Assembly (NCBI GenBank): GCA_035247965.1
Contig: DATFHW010000025.1
Location: forward strand, 510,551-574,550
DNA: 64,000 nt
DNA from: Candidatus Saccharimonadales bacterium
GTDB taxonomy: Bacteria > Patescibacteriota > Saccharimonadia > Saccharimonadales > UBA4665
Reading direction: 5' to 3'
A program made the translations under genes and the position numbers. The notes under the pieces are model-generated. The model had not been told where the DNA came from, did no database searches, and worked only from the letters and a program-made list of their open reading frames with translations. Of this stretch, positions 20,424 through 26,953 are shown piece after piece (the first letter of the stretch is position 1; the number at the start of each line of letters is the position of its first letter).

Positions 20424-20515
20424 TATCGCATCGTCTTCATACGTGAGGAGGTGAACATTAATTGCAGAGCTGAGGCGAATAATCGTCTCGGTAGATTTCA
20501 ACCGAAAGGTGCCCA

Positions 20516-20668
20516 GTGTTTCACGGTGTAAGTACCGGAGACGTTGCTGTCATCTTCACGGCTGCCGTCATCGGTAGCTACCTCGGCAAGTATGCTCGGC
20601 CCAGGACGATCATTTTCGCAGCAATTGCGATAACAATCATCGGTGGGCTGGTCATGAAATACGTTTAG
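20516..20668 (+). CDS. block B 2-TM miniprotein (50 aa, GTG start; not in ORF track)
   Basis: MFHGVSTGDVAVIFTAAVIGSYLGKYARPRTIIFAAIAITIIGGLVMKYV. CCGAAAGG lies 7 nt upstream of the GTG. Confidence 0.55.
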   Translation: MFHGVSTGDVAVIFTAAVIGSYLGKYARPRTIIFAAIAITIIGGLVMKYV

Positions 20669-20680
20669 AAGGAAGGTGTC

Positions 20681-20842
20681 ATGGACCCCTACAAACTCTT
20701 GGTTGGCCTGTTGGTGGTGATCATCTTGGGCACTCTGCTCCTGATGATCATCAAGAAGGCCGGCAAGACCGTCGTGCTGTGCGCAATCGGCCTGGCCCTG
20801 ATCCTGGGACCGATGGCCTGCACCGCGCTCACCAAGCAGTAG
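20681..20842 (+). CDS. block B 2-TM miniprotein (53 aa; not in ORF track)
   Basis: MDPYKLLVGLLVVIILGTLLLMIIKKAGKTVVLCAIGLALILGPMACTALTKQ. GAAGGAAGG lies upstream. 49 of 54 codons end in G or C. Confidence 0.65.
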   Translation: MDPYKLLVGLLVVIILGTLLLMIIKKAGKTVVLCAIGLALILGPMACTALTKQ

Positions 20843-20856
20843 TCGAAGGAGTCCGA

Positions 20857-21009
20857 ATGGACAAAACGACACTGATCGTGGGCCTTATGGCCGCGATCAT
20901 CGGTGGTGGAATCGTCGCGAAGTTGGCTAGTAGAGGCTACCGTGCTGCTGCCATAACGATCATCGTTGTGAGTGTGCTCGCAGCCATCGCTGCCGACCTC
21001 GTGAAGTAA
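20857..21009 (+). CDS. block B 2-TM miniprotein (50 aa)
   Basis: MDKTTLIVGLMAAIIGGGIVAKLASRGYRAAAITIIVVSVLAAIAADLVK. Internal Met of track ORF 20779..21009, preceded by GAAGGAG. Confidence 0.65.
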   Translation: MDKTTLIVGLMAAIIGGGIVAKLASRGYRAAAITIIVVSVLAAIAADLVK

Positions 21010-21029
21010 CCAACCGAAAGGAGTGGCGC

Positions 21030-21194
21030 ATGCCGCTTCCCCAGAAAGAAACCCGTGGTGGCTGGTGGTGGCTCCGTCTGCTGATGCTGGTGGCCTTCCT
21101 GGTCGCCTGCCTCATCGCATTCGGGTCGGACCTCATCAACGGCAACTCCAACGAGCCGCACCGCCCGCCGCACAGCACCTCGACCCACAAGTAG
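21030..21194 (+). CDS. block B single-TM miniprotein (54 aa; not in ORF track)
   Basis: MPLPQKETRGGWWWLRLLMLVAFLVACLIAFGSDLINGNSNEPHRPPHSTSTHK. CCGAAAGGAG lies upstream. Confidence 0.6.
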   Translation: MPLPQKETRGGWWWLRLLMLVAFLVACLIAFGSDLINGNSNEPHRPPHSTSTHK

Positions 21195-21201
21195 GAGCAC
21201 T

Positions 21202-21288
21202 ATGAAGCACAAGATTGCCGTGGCCCTGTTCATCCTCCTGGTTTTCGGAGGAATGACCTGGGCCTACCTGGGCCTCGAAGGCAAGTAG
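21202..21288 (+). CDS. block B single-TM micropeptide (28 aa; not in ORF track)
   Basis: MKHKIAVALFILLVFGGMTWAYLGLEGK. TAGGAG lies 5 nt upstream. Confidence 0.5.
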   Translation: MKHKIAVALFILLVFGGMTWAYLGLEGK

Positions 21289-21290
21289 CC

Positions 21291-21470
21291 GTGGAGGTCA
21301 CCGTACCGCTCGTGGGGCTTGGCGTAGCCGCCGTTGCCGTGGTCCTCGGACTGTCGCTGACGGCCCTGCCCAACCCCAAGGTGAGCCTGCTGGGCCGCCG
21401 CATCGCTACGTTCGTGACGCTTGTGAGCGTTGCGGTCGTGCTGCTGTATGTGGCGGTTCATCACAACTAG
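21291..21470 (+). CDS. block B 2-TM miniprotein (59 aa, GTG start; not in ORF track)
   Basis: MEVTVPLVGLGVAAVAVVLGLSLTALPNPKVSLLGRRIATFVTLVSVAVVLLYVAVHHN. It starts 2 nt after the upstream stop. Confidence 0.5.
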   Translation: MEVTVPLVGLGVAAVAVVLGLSLTALPNPKVSLLGRRIATFVTLVSVAVVLLYVAVHHN

Positions 21471-21483
21471 GAAGAAGGTGCTC

Positions 21484-21693
21484 ATGAGTGCTCTGGCACT
21501 CAGACTCAGTGCAGACACGGCAACCACCCTGGCGGTTATCGCCGCCATCGGCAGCCTGCTGATGTGCGCCCTGGGGATCGCCCTGGCCGCCTCGCGTAAA
21601 ACCGAGGTCAAGCGGCGTGGCAAGATCATCATCACGTTCCTCGTGGTGGCCTGGATCGGGTTCTTCCTGATCTGGAAGGCGCTCCATGAGTGA
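21484..21693 (+). CDS. block B 2-TM miniprotein (69 aa)
   Basis: Internal Met of track ORF 21430..21693, preceded by GGAAGAAGG. MSALALRLSADTATTLAVIAAIGSLLMCALGIALAASRK... Confidence 0.65.
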   Translation: MSALALRLSADTATTLAVIAAIGSLLMCALGIALAASRKTEVKRRGKIIITFLVVAWIGFFLIWKALHE

Positions 21694-21728
21694 GCTCGTG
21701 GTAGCCACCTGAACAACCGGTTGCAGGT

Positions 21729-21761
21729 CCGGCGTCATTCGCCTAAAAACGAGGACGCCGG
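21729..21761 (+). terminator. GC-rich hairpin CCGGCGTC/GACGCCGG with no U-tract
   Basis: 8-bp perfect stem between two sub-arrays of block B. Confidence 0.35.
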
Positions 21762-21785
21762 TCTGCCGCATAGAAAGTAACAGAC

Positions 21786-21983
21786 GTGGAAACATTCATT
21801 TCCCTGGCCGCAACCGGACAGAACGACAACACCCTGGGTGCTGCCGCGGTCGCGCTCGTTGTCGCCCTCGTCTTCGTGCTGGCCGGTGCATTCGCCCCGT
21901 TCAGCAAGGCTGGAAGGCTCAAGCTGATCGGTCTCGGCGCACTGACCTGCGTCGCCGCGATCGCCCTGATCTGGGTGTCCTAG
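21786..21983 (+). CDS. block B 2-TM paralog 1 (65 aa, GTG start)
   Basis: Track ORF. AGAFAPFSKAGRLKLIGLGAL matches AGFAAPFSGKTRVCLALIGVV of paralog 4. Confidence 0.65.
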   Translation: METFISLAATGQNDNTLGAAAVALVVALVFVLAGAFAPFSKAGRLKLIGLGALTCVAAIALIWVS

Positions 21984-21993
21984 AGAGGAAAAC

Positions 21994-22200
21994 ATGCACA
22001 CGCTCGTCACACTGGCACAGGCTGGTTCGGACAGCTTTCACACGATGGTGGGCGCGATCGCTCTGGCGATTGTGCTCTGCATCTGTGGAGCCGCCTTCTG
22101 GATCCACCGAAAGGCCGGGCAGGCTACGCCGAAATCGATCGGTCTCGCAGTTCTGGGACTGGCGATCATGGGCGTGGCGCTCGTTCTGATGATCATCTAG
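21994..22200 (+). CDS. block B 2-TM paralog 2 (68 aa)
   Basis: Track ORF. RBS GAGAGGAAAA. Confidence 0.7.
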   Translation: MHTLVTLAQAGSDSFHTMVGAIALAIVLCICGAAFWIHRKAGQATPKSIGLAVLGLAIMGVALVLMII

Positions 22201-22208
22201 GGAGGAAC

Positions 22209-22424
22209 ATGAACGTCGCACAAACCCTCGCAGCCGCAAGTAACATGACCCCCACGTCGTGGGTCGGCCTTCTGGTCGCCTTCATTGGCGTGGTAGTCAT
22301 GTGCTTCAACGGCCTGCGTGCGCAGATCACCGGTAAACCGAGCCTCAAGCTCTGGGTGATCGGCGCAATCCTGGTCGTCGGCGGCATCGTGCTCGCAGCC
22401 CAGACAGGCATTCACTCGACCTGA
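22209..22424 (+). CDS. block B 2-TM paralog 3 (71 aa)
   Basis: Track ORF. RBS GGGAGGAA. Confidence 0.7.
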   Translation: MNVAQTLAAASNMTPTSWVGLLVAFIGVVVMCFNGLRAQITGKPSLKLWVIGAILVVGGIVLAAQTGIHST

Positions 22425-22436
22425 GAGGAAAAAGGA

Positions 22437-22625
22437 ATGCTCGAAAAATTGGCCGCAGCGGATCTGAACAACGCGGTCTTTCCCCCGGCCCTTTTTGGGG
22501 TCGTCGCCCTCGCCTTCATCACGGCCGGCTTCGCCGCTCCGTTCAGCGGAAAGACACGCGTCTGCCTGGCCCTCATCGGCGTGGTGGCCGCTGTGATCTG
22601 CTTCCGTCTGATCACAAAGTCCTAG
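22437..22625 (+). CDS. block B 2-TM paralog 4 (62 aa)
   Basis: Track ORF. RBS GAGAGGAAAAAGGA. Confidence 0.7.
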   Translation: MLEKLAAADLNNAVFPPALFGVVALAFITAGFAAPFSGKTRVCLALIGVVAAVICFRLITKS

Positions 22626-22664
22626 GAAAGCGTGTACGCGCTTCGGCCAACCGAGAGGAAAAGG

Positions 22665-22895
22665 ATGCAACAAACGCTAGCTGTAACACCCGGTGAAAGC
22701 CTGCAGGGCATGGCGCTGGTCGTTGGCTACTTCGCCACCGCCGGCTTCCTGGCCCTTACAGCCTACTGCCTGCACGGGACGTTCATGCGCCCGGGCAGCT
22801 TGGGCAAACGAGCCACCAGGTTCCTGGTCGCTGTTCTGTCGATTGTGGCCATGGCGTTCATCGTCATGCACACGGTACCGAGGAGAAATCAATGA
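22665..22895 (+). CDS. block B 2-TM paralog 5 (76 aa)
   Basis: Internal Met (MQQTLAV) of track ORF 22632..22895, preceded by GAGAGGAAAAGG. Confidence 0.65.
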   Translation: MQQTLAVTPGESLQGMALVVGYFATAGFLALTAYCLHGTFMRPGSLGKRATRFLVAVLSIVAMAFIVMHTVPRRNQ

Positions 22896-23107
22896 AGGAA
22901 GCGCTCATCATCGCGGCCGCCCAGCAGACGACGTCTGTGGGTGAGCACAAGGCCGAGCTCATCGGGATGGCCATCGGTTTCATCCTGACCATCGCCGGAG
23001 TCTGGCGAAACGCCAACAACCAAAGCGACAAGAACAAGGGCGGTTTCCTCGTCGGCCTGGGCCTCGTGATCGTCGTCGGGAGCGGGATCATCCTGCTGTA
23101 CTCATAG
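22892..23107 (+). CDS. block B 2-TM paralog 6 (71 aa)
   Basis: Track ORF. ATGA overlap with the upstream gene. RBS GAGGAGAAA. Confidence 0.7.
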   Translation: MKEALIIAAAQQTTSVGEHKAELIGMAIGFILTIAGVWRNANNQSDKNKGGFLVGLGLVIVVGSGIILLYS

Positions 23108-23160
23108 TAGGCGCCGCGACCTAAGTCGCTCTGCAATTCTGAACAACCCGCACGAAGACG

Positions 23161-23212
23161 GCCTCCGGGCTGGCACCCGCCAGCAACCTGCCGTTCCCCG
23201 GCATCCGGAGGC
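23161..23212 (+). terminator. nested GC-rich hairpin GCCTCCGG...CCGGAGGC with no U-tract
   Basis: Outer 8-bp stem enclosing an inner GCTGGC-accc-GCCAGC stem. It follows the six-paralog array. Confidence 0.4.
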
Positions 23213-23314
23213 ACGTCGTGTAAACATATGGTTGAGCGCCCGCGCTCCCATCACTGTTTGCACGACTTTTTCATACTTATTTATTTTTTACGAACATCAT
23301 ACACATTACATACG

Positions 23315-23343
23315 TTGACATTGCATGCTCGCGGGCGTACACT
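23315..23343 (+). promoter_or_regulatory. promoter TTGACA-N17-TACACT
   Basis: Consensus -35 at 23315-23320 and TACACT at 23338-23343, within an AT-rich patch. Confidence 0.55.
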
Positions 23344-23382
23344 GTCCACGTCTGTAAAAAACGACGACCCCAAGGGGGAAAC

Positions 23383-23535
23383 ATGAGCAAGTCCAAGCAC
23401 GCTCGCGGTCGCTGGGACGGTTGCATTGTGCCGGCCGTTCTGCTGACTGTCGCCTTGGCGGCTGGGATCTACGTCTTCCACAGTGAGCTCGGGACGTTCT
23501 TTGTCAATCTGGTGCAGCAGCTCGTAGGACGCTAA
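23383..23535 (+). CDS. basic-N-terminus single-TM miniprotein (50 aa; not in ORF track)
   Basis: MSKSKHARGRWDGCIVPAVLLTVALAAGIYVFHSELGTFFVNLVQQLVGR. AAGGGGGAA lies upstream. Confidence 0.6.
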   Translation: MSKSKHARGRWDGCIVPAVLLTVALAAGIYVFHSELGTFFVNLVQQLVGR

Positions 23536-23765
23536 TGTCCAACGAACACAAGCACCGCAAGGGCAAACAGCCCGATACCTACGCCGCGGCTAGGAAACGT
23601 GTGCGCCGAGCGGACTGCCGCCGTCGCTGCCATGAACGGTGCGAGTGCGTACGCGACGCGACTGCCTCTGCCGCCCGCGGCTGCTTCAGTGGCTCTACCG
23701 TAATGATCGTGGCGGTTTTACTGGCTGCTGTGGTCGCTCTCGCAGCGATTACCGGCAAGCTCTAG
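23535..23765 (+). CDS. basic, Cys-rich N-terminus with a C-terminal TM anchor (76 aa)
   Basis: Track ORF. TAATG stop/start overlap with the upstream gene. MSNEHKHRKGKQ... ending in VMIVAVLLAAVVALAAITGKL. Confidence 0.65.
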   Translation: MSNEHKHRKGKQPDTYAAARKRVRRADCRRRCHERCECVRDATASAARGCFSGSTVMIVAVLLAAVVALAAITGKL

Positions 23766-23941
23766 CTCCACCGCTCTACCCGCCTTCTGTGGTGGCCACC
23801 GTGAGCAATTAAACTCGGTGGCCACCAATGGGCCGTTTTACAGACATGGTCGTGCAGGATTGCACGAAAACAGCTTGCATTACCGCTTCCGCGGCTCTTT
23901 TTGTTTTCCTTTCTGCACGACCTACACACATCATGAGTATT

Positions 23942-23970
23942 ATTGACAACGCTTATCCCCATGTGTACAC
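23942..23970 (+). promoter_or_regulatory. promoter TTGACA-N17-TACACT (second copy)
   Basis: TTGACA at 23942-23947 and TACACT at 23965-23970. Confidence 0.55.
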
Positions 23971-24018
23971 TGGTGTACGTCCATTTGTTTGTTCATTCAT
24001 GCACTACCGGAGGCCCTT

Positions 24019-24153
24019 ATGGGGACCCACGTCAAAACGCGCGCACCCAAGGCAGCCAAGTCGTCACCCACGGGTGGCTTCGGACGAAAGTTCCTGCTGT
24101 TGATCGTCGTCGCCGGGCTCATCGCCTGGGGCATCACGTCGATCGGTCACTGA
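24019..24153 (+). CDS. basic-N-terminus tail-anchored miniprotein (44 aa; not in ORF track)
   Basis: MGTHVKTRAPKAAKSSPTGGFGRKFLLLIVVAGLIAWGITSIGH. CCGGAGG lies upstream. Confidence 0.6.
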   Translation: MGTHVKTRAPKAAKSSPTGGFGRKFLLLIVVAGLIAWGITSIGH

Positions 24154-24401
24154 CCACACGCTCCTCCAGCACGCCTTCCCAGCCTGATTAGAAAAAGCAG
24201 TGAGCCTCCCGCTGGGCAGCCCGCACCACAAGTGCCCTGCCCCGGGAGGATCCTGTAACACCCCATACCCGCCCCTTTGCTATGAACCCGGACAACCCCC
24301 ACAAACCTTTGTTGAGGTCGCACTCGCGACATCCGAAGGCACAATCGTGCACGCAACCCTACCCTACCAACTTTTACGTGCACGATTTTTTCCTATTTAC
24401 A

Positions 24402-24430
24402 TTGACAATACCTAATATCGGTGATATAAC
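24402..24430 (+). promoter_or_regulatory. promoter TTGACA-N17-TATAAC
   Basis: TTGACA at 24402-24407 and TATAAC at 24425-24430. Confidence 0.5.
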
Positions 24431-24489
24431 GTACGCAGTTCGTCTGAACATAGTACGTTGAAAATTTAGTTGTATTGGAGGTGAGATCT

Positions 24490-24630
24490 TTGCAGCTCGC
24501 TTCAGAGGGCTTCGGCAGTGCCGGGCCTATTTTTTGTTACATCGGAATGGTCCTATTCGTCCTATGGTGGTGGCGTGGACGTGGTCCTCGACCTCCCAGG
24601 GGTGGCGGCCGTTCCGATATCGTCCACTAG
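24490..24630 (+). CDS. single-TM miniprotein with a WWW and Arg/Gly/Pro-rich tail (46 aa, TTG start; not in ORF track)
   Basis: MQLASEGFGSAGPIFCYIGMVLFVLWWWRGRGPRPPRGGGRSDIVH. GGAGGTGA lies 6 nt upstream of the TTG. Confidence 0.4.
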   Translation: MQLASEGFGSAGPIFCYIGMVLFVLWWWRGRGPRPPRGGGRSDIVH

Positions 24631-24720
24631 GACGGCGACACTGACGTGAGCTGTTCACACGCACAATCCGTGGACTTTCCCCGTCCATTCAAACACCGCC
24701 GAGTAAAACGGAGGTAACAC

Positions 24721-25044
24721 ATGAGTGCATCCGCGCTCATCACGGCCACCCAGCTGGCCAGTTCGTCCGGCACCAGCCTTGCGGCGGCAGCCAGCCCCGA
24801 CGTGCAGACCGCAATCCTGGTGGGTTGTGGCATCGTGCTCGGGGCCGGTCTGCTCATCAAGCTGGTGATGCCCAAGATCCCGCTCTGGCTGATCATGTTG
24901 GTCGCCTGCGTGATCTGCGCCGGCGTCAGCTTCATGGGCCTCTACGCCGGCAACCTGCCGTTCAAGTCGATCGCCGGCGCCCTCCTGGTGCTGTCGATCC
25001 TCACCTTCCTGGCGGCCAAGCTCGTCAAGGGCTCGCGGCACTAG
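24721..25044 (+). CDS. block B membrane protein (107 aa, 3 TM), MSASAL family
   Basis: Track ORF. RBS ACGGAGGTAAC. Confidence 0.7.
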   Translation: MSASALITATQLASSSGTSLAAAASPDVQTAILVGCGIVLGAGLLIKLVMPKIPLWLIMLVACVICAGVSFMGLYAGNLPFKSIAGALLVLSILTFLAAKLVKGSRH

Positions 25045-25086
25045 GACACCGTCCTGTCCGACTCACCGTAAAGGGGATCTCGGTTC

Positions 25087-25182
25087 ATGCCGACTTCCTG
25101 TGGGATGACCCCCGGCCAGACGGTAATCGCAGTCGCGTTCGTCCTTCTGGCCGGTGTGGTCGTGATCGCAGGGCTTAGCTAG
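25087..25182 (+). CDS. CGMTPG-motif single-TM micropeptide (31 aa; not in ORF track)
   Basis: MPTSCGMTPGQTVIAVAFVLLAGVVVIAGLS. Homologous to 25469..25585. Confidence 0.5.
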   Translation: MPTSCGMTPGQTVIAVAFVLLAGVVVIAGLS

Positions 25183-25210
25183 ATCCGAGTCCATCAACGG
25201 AGGTAACCAT

Positions 25211-25456
25211 ATGGGTGCATCCGCACTCGTACCCCTCGCAAGCATGCTGCAGAAGGAGCACCCCGTTCCCGGGATGTTCCTCGTGGCAGTCTTCGGCGTG
25301 GGGTTCGTCGTCTCGGCGATCGCGGTCGCGAGGTACGGCAATAAGAAGGGCGCCGAGAAGGTACTGCTCGTCAGCACCATCGTCGGTGCCCTGGGCGGCG
25401 GAGCAGCTGTCTGGATCATGATCATGCTGCTCAGCGCCATACGCATGCAGGGATGA
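25211..25456 (+). CDS. block B membrane protein (81 aa, 2 TM), MGASAL family
   Basis: Track ORF. Its RBS and first codons are near-identical to those of 24721 (ACGGAGGTAAC..ATGnGTGCATCCGC). Confidence 0.7.
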   Translation: MGASALVPLASMLQKEHPVPGMFLVAVFGVGFVVSAIAVARYGNKKGAEKVLLVSTIVGALGGGAAVWIMIMLLSAIRMQG

Positions 25457-25468
25457 GGGCCTGAATCC

Positions 25469-25585
25469 GTGGGAAGCTTCTGTGGAATGACCCCGGGCGA
25501 GCTGATGTTCGCAGGCGTCTTCGTCCTTCTGTTCGGAATTGTGTACGCCATCGGGCGACGCAACAAGAACAAGGAGGGCGACTGA
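25469..25585 (+). CDS. CGMTPG-motif single-TM micropeptide (38 aa, GTG start; not in ORF track)
   Basis: MGSFCGMTPGELMFAGVFVLLFGIVYAIGRRNKNKEGD. Confidence 0.5.
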   Translation: MGSFCGMTPGELMFAGVFVLLFGIVYAIGRRNKNKEGD

Positions 25586-25644
25586 TGCTCACCGCACCAC
25601 TCGCCGGGGTCAGCTCCGCTACCGACACGTCCGCCAACAAGTAG
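25585..25644 (+). CDS. possible 19-aa peptide (not hydrophobic)
   Basis: MLTAPLAGVSSATDTSANK. TGATG coupling, with AAGGAGGG 6 nt upstream. It may be a remnant. Confidence 0.25.
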   Translation: MLTAPLAGVSSATDTSANK

Positions 25645-25663
25645 ACCAACGGAGGTATCTACT

Positions 25664-25900
25664 GTGCAACACCTCGCTGTTGCGGCATTCGCTGCCGGCA
25701 ACACCGGAAACCTCGTCTCCGCCCAGATGCTGGTGGGAGAGTTCGTTGGGATATTCATCATCGCGACGATCTACACCATCGTCAAGGCAAAGCGGAAGAA
25801 CACCAGGAATCCGGTCGCGTTCGGCATCACCATGGGCGCCGTCACCGGCATCCTCGCCGTCCTGCTCACGGTCTTCCTGGGCACCTACTTTCGGCTGTAA
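25664..25900 (+). CDS. block B 2-TM protein (78 aa, GTG start)
   Basis: Track ORF. RBS ACGGAGGTA. Confidence 0.65.
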   Translation: MQHLAVAAFAAGNTGNLVSAQMLVGEFVGIFIIATIYTIVKAKRKNTRNPVAFGITMGAVTGILAVLLTVFLGTYFRL

Positions 25901-25910
25901 GGAGGGGTAA

Positions 25911-26114
25911 ATGAGCTCCGCGAGCTCTGTTCTGGAAACGGGCGTCACCATCGGCGGCACGCACATCAACGGCCTGCTTCTGATCGCAGCGATCATCGTG
26001 GTCGTGGCGATTGTGGCGTTTGCGCTGCTGAAAACCACCAAGGCAGTGATCGTCTCGGTGGCAACGGCCGCCATCATCGCCGGTGCAACCGCACACGGAT
26101 GGTGGTGGCACTGA
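25911..26114 (+). CDS. block B 2-TM protein (67 aa)
   Basis: Track ORF. RBS AAGGAGGGG. Confidence 0.7.
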   Translation: MSSASSVLETGVTIGGTHINGLLLIAAIIVVVAIVAFALLKTTKAVIVSVATAAIIAGATAHGWWWH

Positions 26115-26203
26115 TGTCCAGCGTCAGCCCTGGTGCCCTTGGCTGGGCAGTGGCCCTGATCGTCGTGGGCGTCATCGTCGTCATACGACGAGGCCGCCGG
26201 TGA
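26114..26203 (+). CDS. single-TM micropeptide with an RRGRR tail (29 aa; not in ORF track)
   Basis: MSSVSPGALGWAVALIVVGVIVVIRRGRR. TGATG coupling with the upstream gene. Confidence 0.5.
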   Translation: MSSVSPGALGWAVALIVVGVIVVIRRGRR

Positions 26204-26225
26204 CCAAATCAACGGGGGACTTCCG

Positions 26226-26303
26226 ATGAAGTGGGTCGGCGTGCTGATCGTACTCATCGGAATTGTCGCGATGTTCTACGGAACTCGTGGCACACGAAGG
26301 TAA
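26226..26303 (+). CDS. single-TM micropeptide (25 aa; not in ORF track)
   Basis: MKWVGVLIVLIGIVAMFYGTRGTRR. GGGGGA lies upstream. Confidence 0.45.
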   Translation: MKWVGVLIVLIGIVAMFYGTRGTRR

Positions 26304-26355
26304 TCGCAGATAACGGCAGCAGATCGCTCGCCGTTCAACGGAGGGAAACCCGCAC

Positions 26356-26499
26356 ATGAGTCACCTCGTCCGCGCCATCAACCTGGCGGCCGTCGACAAC
26401 CGCGCGTTCAAGCTGGAGGACCACCCGGTCTTCTGCATCGTGTCGATCGTCGTGTTCGCCGCCGGCGTCATCTACCTGTGGCGCAAGAAGAGCTCGTAA
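26356..26499 (+). CDS. tail-anchored miniprotein (47 aa; not in ORF track)
   Basis: MSHLVRAINLAAVDNRAFKLEDHPVFCIVSIVVFAAGVIYLWRKKSS. ACGGAGGGAAA lies upstream. Confidence 0.6.
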   Translation: MSHLVRAINLAAVDNRAFKLEDHPVFCIVSIVVFAAGVIYLWRKKSS

Positions 26500-26508
26500 G
26501 GGGGCATC

Positions 26509-26649
26509 ATGCACATCACACAGGCAGCGCTGGAGTACCTGGCGTACACGCCGAGCAACAAGCACTTCGGCATGAACAACACCACCTTCTTCACGGTGGT
26601 GTTCGGCGGAATCGGTCTGGTCATCTTCCTTCTCACGAAGAAGAAGTAG
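26509..26649 (+). CDS. tail-anchored miniprotein (46 aa; not in ORF track)
   Basis: MHITQAALEYLAYTPSNKHFGMNNTTFFTVVFGGIGLVIFLLTKKK. AAGGGGG lies upstream. Same architecture as 26356. Confidence 0.6.
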   Translation: MHITQAALEYLAYTPSNKHFGMNNTTFFTVVFGGIGLVIFLLTKKK

Positions 26650-26747
26650 TTCTTGGCCGTCGTCGGACTTCTTCTGATCAAGCGGCGTGGCGACTAGCCT
26701 CGACCGCACACTCCACCCACGCAACACCTCACGGAAGGAACACGCGC

Positions 26748-26906
26748 ATGTCGCGTCTCACCGTCAGCGCACAGACCCTCGCGGGCGACGTCGCCGCCAA
26801 GTCCGGACACGGGATCCCCGTCGGCTGGATCGGCTTCGGCGCCGTCATGATCGTCCTGCTGGTCATCGGTGTCCGCTGGGCCCGCGGTCGCAACAACAAG
26901 GGCTGA
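26748..26906 (+). CDS. single-TM miniprotein (52 aa)
   Basis: MSRLTVSAQTLAGDVAAKSGHGIPVGWIGFGAVMIVLLVIGVRWARGRNNKG. Internal Met of track ORF 26478..26906, preceded by CGGAAGGAA. Confidence 0.6.
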   Translation: MSRLTVSAQTLAGDVAAKSGHGIPVGWIGFGAVMIVLLVIGVRWARGRNNKG

Positions 26907-26953
26907 CCAGCACTCAACGGGCAACTGCCCACTAACGAAGGGAGACCCCGGAC

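Noticed and set aside
20443-20515. Strong SD-like GAGGAGGTG at about 20445 with no obvious ORF
   Set aside because: The only in-frame starts are a GTG inside the SD itself or ATT. The resulting 26-aa product is not hydrophobic and is unlike its neighbours. It is treated as 5' UTR.
26654-26698. 14-codon ORF TTG..(MAVVGLLLIKRRGD)
   Set aside because: It is too short and has a weak RBS. It could be a remnant of a tail-anchor segment. There is not enough support to call it.
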